Shown: piece by piece, positions 59,101-64,000 of the stretch | Layout of the letters: each line of letters begins with the position of its first letter | Position numbering within the stretch: position 1 is the first letter of the stretch | From: Candidatus Omnitrophota bacterium | GTDB taxonomy: Bacteria > Omnitrophota > Gorgyraeia > DTHP01 | NCBI GenBank assembly: GCA_023819145.1 | Contig: JAMWCW010000002.1 | Span: forward strand, 75,231 to 139,230 | Length of the DNA stretch: 64,000 nucleotides | Direction: 5' to 3' | Notes under the pieces: generated by a model | What the model was told of the DNA's origin: nothing | Databases searched by the model: none | The model's input: only the letters and a program-made list of their open reading frames with translations | Made by a program: the position numbers and the translations under genes

Positions 59101-60131
59101 GCGTTTTCTTCTTTTCTGCCCGGTTTCTTAAACAAATCAAGGAATCTGTCTTCGTATTCCTTATAAACATTCCAACGGTCAAGTTCTTTCTTTAATTCAT
59201 TTGCTTTAGAAATATCTTTTTTTGCCTCTTCAAAAAGGCGTTCGATCTTCTCCTGCGCAGATTTGGGAAGTTTGGTTAAGGAAGAAAGCCCCTTTTTAAG
59301 TTTCTCGATATCCTCATCTGTAATACCTTCAACACCGGTCATTCCTGTTTTCAAATATTCCACCAGTTTATCAATTTCCTCTTCCATAGACCTTGCACGA
59401 CCGGCGAGTTCATTCAAATCTATTTCTATATCAAGAACTTCCTGCATTACTTCCAAAATGGCCAGACTTGACTTCGGATTTTCTAATTGAATAGTGTAAA
59501 GAGGTATTTCACCCAAAAGGCATAATCCTTCCACGCTTTTATCCTTTGCCACAGAGAGAAGAAGCCCATTAAGCCCAGCAATCTGGCCGGAATTCATAAA
59601 CTTTACTTTATAATCTTTAAATTCCTCTAATATTGCCTGAGAAGTAGCGGTCACCCAGACCTCGGGTTCCTGAGTATGGTCTATCGGTTGGGGAAGAGCA
59701 GCAAAGGTAAAAATACGCTTGACTGCAAACTCTTTAGCCAACTCAACAACACGTTCAGCAAAGGCATAACCTTTTTCTAAAGAAGGCTGTGCTTCACAGA
59801 GAAAGAATATTAAGTCATTTGTTTTCTTAGGATTCTTCCAATAGTAAAAACGCGACTGAGGAAGCTGTGTCGGTTGTATTCTCCCCCCTTCTACCCAGGC
59901 TCCAATGGGATTAAAATAGTTCTTGGGAAGAATCATCCCAAAATCTTCTGCCTTCAGTTTATCTTTTAGAAAATGCGCTGCCTTAATCGCTACCTCACCC
60001 ATACCCGGCCAAGAGGCAATAAGAAAAGGGCTTTCCAAAACAGGCTTTTTATGTAAGACTATGTCCTTATGTAACTTTGTCTTCTTCATCTCTTTTTTAT
60101 GTAGTATATTATTTTTTCTCATTCCTGTCAA
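59097..60131 (-). CDS. PAC2-family (proteasome assembly chaperone 2-like / ATP-grasp-superfamily COG1938-like) protein with a C-terminal coiled-coil extension
   Basis: The N-terminal block PFLIASWPGMGEVA is typical of PAC2 family proteins. The C-terminal ~100 aa is charged/coiled-coil. Confidence 0.45.
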   Translation of the reverse strand: MTGMRKNNILHKKEMKKTKLHKDIVLHKKPVLESPFLIASWPGMGEVAIKAAHFLKDKLKAEDFGMILPKNYFNPIGAWVEGGRIQPTQLPQSRFYYWKNPKKTNDLIFFLCEAQPSLEKGYAFAERVVELAKEFAVKRIFTFAALPQPIDHTQEPEVWVTATSQAILEEFKDYKVKFMNSGQIAGLNGLLLSVAKDKSVEGLCLLGEIPLYTIQLENPKSSLAILEVMQEVLDIEIDLNELAGRARSMEEEIDKLVEYLKTGMTGVEGITDEDIEKLKKGLSSLTKLPKSAQEKIERLFEEAKKDISKANELKKELDRWNVYKEYEDRFLDLFKKPGRKEENA

Positions 60132-60136
60132 TAGAC

Positions 60137-61933
60137 TTATGTCAGTTTCAATACCGCCATAAAAGCCTCCTGCGGAATCTCGATGTTTCCAAATTGTTTC
60201 AAGCGCTTTTTGCCTTCTTTTTGTTTCTCCCAGAGCTTTCTTTTACGGGTTATGTCTCCGCCATAACATTTAGCAGTTACATCCTTACGTAAAGGGGGAA
60301 TCCGTTCTTTTGCCACCACATGGCTACCAATGGCAGCCTGAATCACCACCTCAAATAATTGACGGGGAATAAGCTGCCGAAGAAGGGTTACAAGATTACG
60401 CGCCTTTAACTGGGCTTTATCTTTATGCACCAGACTGGAAAGCGCATCGCAGGGTTTACCATTAACAAGAACATCCAACTTCACCAGTTCGGTAGCACGA
60501 TAATCAGTGAACTCATAGTCAAGAGAACCATAGCCACGGGTCATAGACTTTATTTTGTCGTAAAAATCCACAATTATTTCAGAAAGGGGAATTTCATAAA
60601 CCAACCTACACCTCCCATCACCTAAGTACTCTGTGGATTTATAAATTCCCCTACGAGAAAGAGCAAATTCCATTATGGACCCTAAAAAATCTTGGGGAAT
60701 AATAAGATGCGCTTTAACATATGGTTCATAAATCTCGGCAATATTCACGGAAGACGGGAAAAGTGAAGGATTATCCACTTCCATAATTTCCGCTTTGCGG
60801 GTTTTTATTTTATACTTTACTGAAGGAGTGGTAAGAATTAAATTCAAACCATATTCCCGTTCTAAACGTTCCTGGACTATTTCCATATGCAGTAAACCTA
60901 AGAAACCACAACGAAAACCCGGACCAAGGGAAGAAGAAGATTCTGGTTCAAAAATAAAACTGGCATCGTTCAATTTCAACTTTTCCACCGCTTCACGAAG
61001 AAGAGGAAAATCTTTGGGATTAACTGGATAAATTCCACAATATACCATCGGATGCATACTGCGATATCCAGGCAAAGGTTCTTTTGCAGGAAAATCTACA
61101 TAAGTAACTGTTTCACCTGCATTTATTTCTTTAGGCTGACGGATATTAGCGGTGAAATAGCCCACTTCCCCCGCGGATAATTCCTCCACGCTCACGGGGC
61201 GAGGCTGAAACACGCCTACCTCTTGAACCTCGTAAATCTTACCTGTTCCCATCAACATCACCTTCATCCCCTTCTTGAGAAAGCCGTTAACCAAACGTAC
61301 ATAAACTACCACTCCTTTATAATTATCAAAAGAAGAATCAAAAATCAATGCCTGAAGAGGAGAATTCTTATCCCCTGTGGGGGGAGAAATTTCTCTAACA
61401 ATGCGTTCAAGAATTTCCTCTACACCAATACCTTCTTTGGCAGAAGCAAAGGTTATCGGCTCTTCTTTTAAATTTAAAATCTTACGAATTTGTTCTTCTA
61501 CTTTAACCGGTTCGGCATTGCTCAGATCTATTTTATTTATCACGGGAATAATCTTTAAATGATGTTCGAGGGCAAGATAAAGATTGGCAACGGTCTGTGC
61601 TTCTACTCCCTGGACAGCATCTATTACCAATATTGCTCCTTCACAGGCGGATAGACTTTTGGCTACTTCAAAAGAAAAATCGACATGGCCGGGAGTATCA
61701 ATTAAATTAAGACAATAGGTGTTGCCATCCTTAGATTTGTAGTTAATTCTTACTGCGGAAGCTTTAATAGTAATACCTCTCTCCTGTTCCAACTCCATAT
61801 CATCAAGCATCTGATTATGAAATTCTCTTTCATTAATTGCTCCTGTATGGAGAAGAAATCTATCCGCCAAAGTAGATTTACCATGGTCAATGTGAGCAAT
61901 GATACAGAAGTTGCGGATTAAAGAAATATTCAT
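60137..61933 (-). CDS. lepA: Elongation factor 4 (LepA)
   Basis: MNISLIRNFCIIAHIDHGKSTLADR G1 motif, DTPGHVDF; 598 aa. Confidence 0.95.
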   Translation of the reverse strand: MNISLIRNFCIIAHIDHGKSTLADRFLLHTGAINEREFHNQMLDDMELEQERGITIKASAVRINYKSKDGNTYCLNLIDTPGHVDFSFEVAKSLSACEGAILVIDAVQGVEAQTVANLYLALEHHLKIIPVINKIDLSNAEPVKVEEQIRKILNLKEEPITFASAKEGIGVEEILERIVREISPPTGDKNSPLQALIFDSSFDNYKGVVVYVRLVNGFLKKGMKVMLMGTGKIYEVQEVGVFQPRPVSVEELSAGEVGYFTANIRQPKEINAGETVTYVDFPAKEPLPGYRSMHPMVYCGIYPVNPKDFPLLREAVEKLKLNDASFIFEPESSSSLGPGFRCGFLGLLHMEIVQERLEREYGLNLILTTPSVKYKIKTRKAEIMEVDNPSLFPSSVNIAEIYEPYVKAHLIIPQDFLGSIMEFALSRRGIYKSTEYLGDGRCRLVYEIPLSEIIVDFYDKIKSMTRGYGSLDYEFTDYRATELVKLDVLVNGKPCDALSSLVHKDKAQLKARNLVTLLRQLIPRQLFEVVIQAAIGSHVVAKERIPPLRKDVTAKCYGGDITRKRKLWEKQKEGKKRLKQFGNIEIPQEAFMAVLKLT

Positions 61934-61935
61934 TA

Positions 61936-61971
61936 TTTCGTTTTACTCGTTAAGCTCGTTAGGTTTGTGGC
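61936..61971. repeat. Four tandem 9-nt units TTTCGTTTT / ACTCGTTAA / GCTCGTTAG / GTTTGTGGC abutting the lepA start codon
   Basis: Direct reading of the sequence. Related to the array at 48806..48850, with shared TTCGTTTT...TCGTTAGGTT...TTTGT. Confidence 0.65.
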
Positions 61972-62007
61972 CTTATTTAAAAACCAGACAACCCCACTGC
62001 AAAATGT

Positions 62008-63429
62008 TTAGAGGTTCAAGGCGAATTCCTTGCCGAATTTAAGTAACATATCTGCTCTTTTCTGTGTATGGGCTTCTGCATATATCCTTAAAATAGGTTC
62101 AGTTCCTGAAAGCCTAAAGAGTAGCCAGCTTTCGTCAGCAGAAATAAATTTTATTCCATCAAAATCCTTTACTTCTAAAACCTTTTTACCGAGAATGTTT
62201 TCAAAGGGTTTTTCTTTTAATACTAAGAATAATTTATTTTTAAGCTCTTGGGGATAATGTATATCTTCGCGAACATAATAGAACTTACCAAATTCCCTAT
62301 CTATATCGTTCATTATCTCGATTATAGACTTCCTCCGATAAGCCATCATTTCCAGAATAAGCAATCCCGTAAGCATCCCATCTCTTTCTGGAAGGTAGTG
62401 TTTTACTCCAATTCCTCCAGATTCCTCCCCCCCGGCCAAAATATCTTCTTCCCGCATAATCTTTGCAACATATTTAAAACCGACTGCTGTTTCATACAAC
62501 TTAAGATTATATTTTTGAGCAATTTTATTGATTAAAGTAGTATTAGAGATAGTCTTAACCACTCCTCCAAGCCACTTTCTATCTTCCAAAAGATGTAAAA
62601 TAATCAAAGCAAGCACTCCTCCTGCATTAATTATTCTACCGTCGGGACGAACACAGGAAACACGATCTGCGTCTCCATCATTAACAATCGCCAGGTCAAA
62701 TTTCCCTTTTTTCATCTTTTCAACCACTTCTTTCATATTTTTAGGTATTGGCTCTGGATTTATCCCCCCAAAGAGCGGATTTCTCTCTTGGTGTAAAAGC
62801 GTTACCTTGCACTTTGTCCCTTTTAAAATCCGCGGGATAAAGTCATCTCCGGTTCCATACATTACATCTACAAGAATACGGTAACTTCTGCGTCTTAAGA
62901 GTGAAAGATTTAAATAACTGCGTAAAAATTTTACATACTCTTGAGAAGGGTCAATTAGTTCAAGGAGTTTTTTTTCTATAGCTTCCTTTTGATTAATTCG
63001 CCTAATCTTACTTTGGCCGATAAAAGACTCAATCTCCTTTGTAACCTCTGGTTCCGCAGGACCTGCATAATCCATTTTTATTTTTATTCCGTTATATTGA
63101 GGAGGATTGTGACTGGCAGTAATAATTATACCTCCTGACAGTTTGTGCTTTTTAATAAAGAAACAAACCATCGGTGTGGGACTTGGCTTATTAATAAGAT
63201 AGACTTTAATTCCATTACCACTAAGAACTTCAGCAACCATCTGGGCATAACTTTCGGAAAGAAAACGCGTATCGTAACCTACCACTATCTCGGGTGCATC
63301 TTTTCTCTGGGACAGTTGCGCTCTTTTATTAAAGTAATCGGCTATTGCCTGGGAAACAAGGACAACATTTTCAAAAGTAAAATCATCAGAAATAACCGCC
63401 CTCCAGCCATCAGTTCCAAACTTAATCAT
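62008..63429 (-). CDS. Phosphoglucomutase/phosphomannomutase family protein
   Basis: MIKFGTDGWRA...; active-site TASHNPPQYNGIKI; 473 aa. AAGGAGG SD upstream. Confidence 0.85.
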   Translation of the reverse strand: MIKFGTDGWRAVISDDFTFENVVLVSQAIADYFNKRAQLSQRKDAPEIVVGYDTRFLSESYAQMVAEVLSGNGIKVYLINKPSPTPMVCFFIKKHKLSGGIIITASHNPPQYNGIKIKMDYAGPAEPEVTKEIESFIGQSKIRRINQKEAIEKKLLELIDPSQEYVKFLRSYLNLSLLRRRSYRILVDVMYGTGDDFIPRILKGTKCKVTLLHQERNPLFGGINPEPIPKNMKEVVEKMKKGKFDLAIVNDGDADRVSCVRPDGRIINAGGVLALIILHLLEDRKWLGGVVKTISNTTLINKIAQKYNLKLYETAVGFKYVAKIMREEDILAGGEESGGIGVKHYLPERDGMLTGLLILEMMAYRRKSIIEIMNDIDREFGKFYYVREDIHYPQELKNKLFLVLKEKPFENILGKKVLEVKDFDGIKFISADESWLLFRLSGTEPILRIYAEAHTQKRADMLLKFGKEFALNL

Positions 63430-63474
63430 TCCTTTTGACCTCCTTATTTTGTTCTGAAACTTAAATTTATAATT

Positions 63475-64000
63475 TTATTTGTTAACCACTAATCCATAAA
63501 TTCTTCCTATATCCTCTACGCTGATAATACCCAATAGTCTTCCTTCTTTTACCACCGGAATGGCTCTTAATCCCGAGAGTTCTAATTTATTGTGAACCTC
63601 GTATAGAGTATTATCGGGGCTAACGAGAGGAAAATCATGCCACATTATTTCACCGGCTAAAACCTCTTTTCCGCGTTGATGCAAAACAGAGATTATTTCT
63701 CCCCGCGGCAAAAAACCTACAAGCCTATAATCATCTACTACAGGAAAATCTTCCTGATGAGTATGAAAAATTAACCCTAAAATCTCATTTATGGTTGTTT
63801 GGGGAGAAATGGTTATAAAATTGGGGTTCAAAATATCCCGAGCAAAAAACCTCTTTAGAACCATTCTCAAATCCACCTGTGCTCCTTCCTGAGAAGCAGC
63901 AAAATAAACAAAAAAAGCAATAACGATGAGAAGAAGATGATTATATCTGATTCCTAAAAAGATAAACAAAACAGCAAAAAAATGTCCCAATTGAACTGCT
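63475..64000 (-). CDS. CBS-domain membrane protein, C-terminal part (possibly the C-terminus of an M50/site-2-protease-type protein). The ORF is open to the window end.
   Basis: The minus-strand frame reads ...AVQLGHFFAVLFIFLG... with no in-window start (the 'M' at 63990 in the track is a TTG). Two TM helices, then a tandem CBS pair. Confidence 0.55.
   Translation of the reverse strand, partial: AVQLGHFFAVLFIFLGIRYNHLLLIVIAFFVYFAASQEGAQVDLRMVLKRFFARDILNPNFITISPQTTINEILGLIFHTHQEDFPVVDDYRLVGFLPRGEIISVLHQRGKEVLAGEIMWHDFPLVSPDNTLYEVHNKLELSGLRAIPVVKEGRLLGIISVEDIGRIYGLVVNK

Noticed and set aside
62016-62031. Hairpin CAAGG-cgaatt-CCTTG near the lepA/phosphomannomutase junction, considered as a terminator.
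   Set aside because: It lies inside the phosphomannomutase C-terminal coding sequence (stop at 62008) and is not followed by a T-run on the transcribed strand.
764-63438. All plus-strand ORFs in the track (60-131 aa), for example 764..997, 6639..7001, 30141..30536, 40574..40966 and 62528..62884.
   Set aside because: Each lies antisense inside a well-supported minus-strand gene. Translations are low-complexity (S/L/F/K-rich), lack motifs, and lack SD sequences. They are treated as antisense artefacts of an AT-rich genome.
63441-63480. Possible fifth copy of the dyad element upstream of the phosphomannomutase gene (gttctgaaacttaaatttataatttta).
   Set aside because: It shares only the CTTAAATT core. 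It lacks both 7-bp arms and the fixed 19-nt spacing, so it is not counted as a family member.
1-64000. CRISPR arrays, rRNA genes and additional tRNAs.
   Set aside because: No regularly spaced direct repeats of 25-40 bp with unique spacers were seen. There are no rRNA-like conserved stretches. Only one cloverleaf (tRNA-Arg at 44460..44533) could be folded.

Overview
This is an AT-rich, 64-kb bacterial window in which every supportable gene lies on the minus strand. The plus-strand ORFs in the track are antisense artefacts of those genes.

Positions ~1-35,800 form one large surface-glycan / LPS-type biosynthesis region. It holds six GT2, two GT4 and one GT9 (heptosyltransferase) glycosyltransferase genes, four SAM methyltransferases and a Wzx-like flippase. 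It also holds several polytopic GT-C-like membrane proteins. The sugar-nucleotide genes are rmlA, rmlB, an rmlD-like reductase, ugd, a UDP-glucuronate decarboxylase, a TviB/WbpA-like dehydrogenase and a GalE-like epimerase. Other members are a DegT aminotransferase, a polyprenyl synthase and a B12-radical-SAM enzyme.

The rest of the window is housekeeping: lptD, transaldolase, a ROK kinase, two tandem diguanylate cyclases, a MalK-like ATPase, accD, tRNA-Arg(CCT), apt, a sigma-70 factor, ppdK, glyQS, recO, a DgkA-PAP2 fusion, ybeY, a 7TM-HD protein, phoH, aspS, hisS, HU, lepA and a phosphomannomutase.

The most unusual feature is a RAYT-type Y1/HUH transposase homologue with a C-terminal DnaA-C-like HTH. 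It is flanked in opposite orientation by copies of a 33-bp dyad repeat, TTTTACA-N19-TGTMAAD with a conserved GTTSARCT core. The repeat recurs at two more gene junctions in the cluster. This looks like a REP/RAYT arrangement, or alternatively a conserved promoter/operator.

Other findings:
- A 9-nt-periodic (T)TCGTTNN repeat array lies immediately upstream of both ppdK and lepA.
- Two genes are frameshifted at homopolymers (a polysaccharide deacetylase and a MetW-like methyltransferase).
- Two gene remnants are present: an IS110-like transposase N-terminus and a Gfo/Idh/MocA N-terminus.
- A four-gene operon of uncharacterised membrane proteins sits inside the glycan cluster.
- A clean intrinsic terminator and a textbook sigma-70 promoter flank the HU gene.
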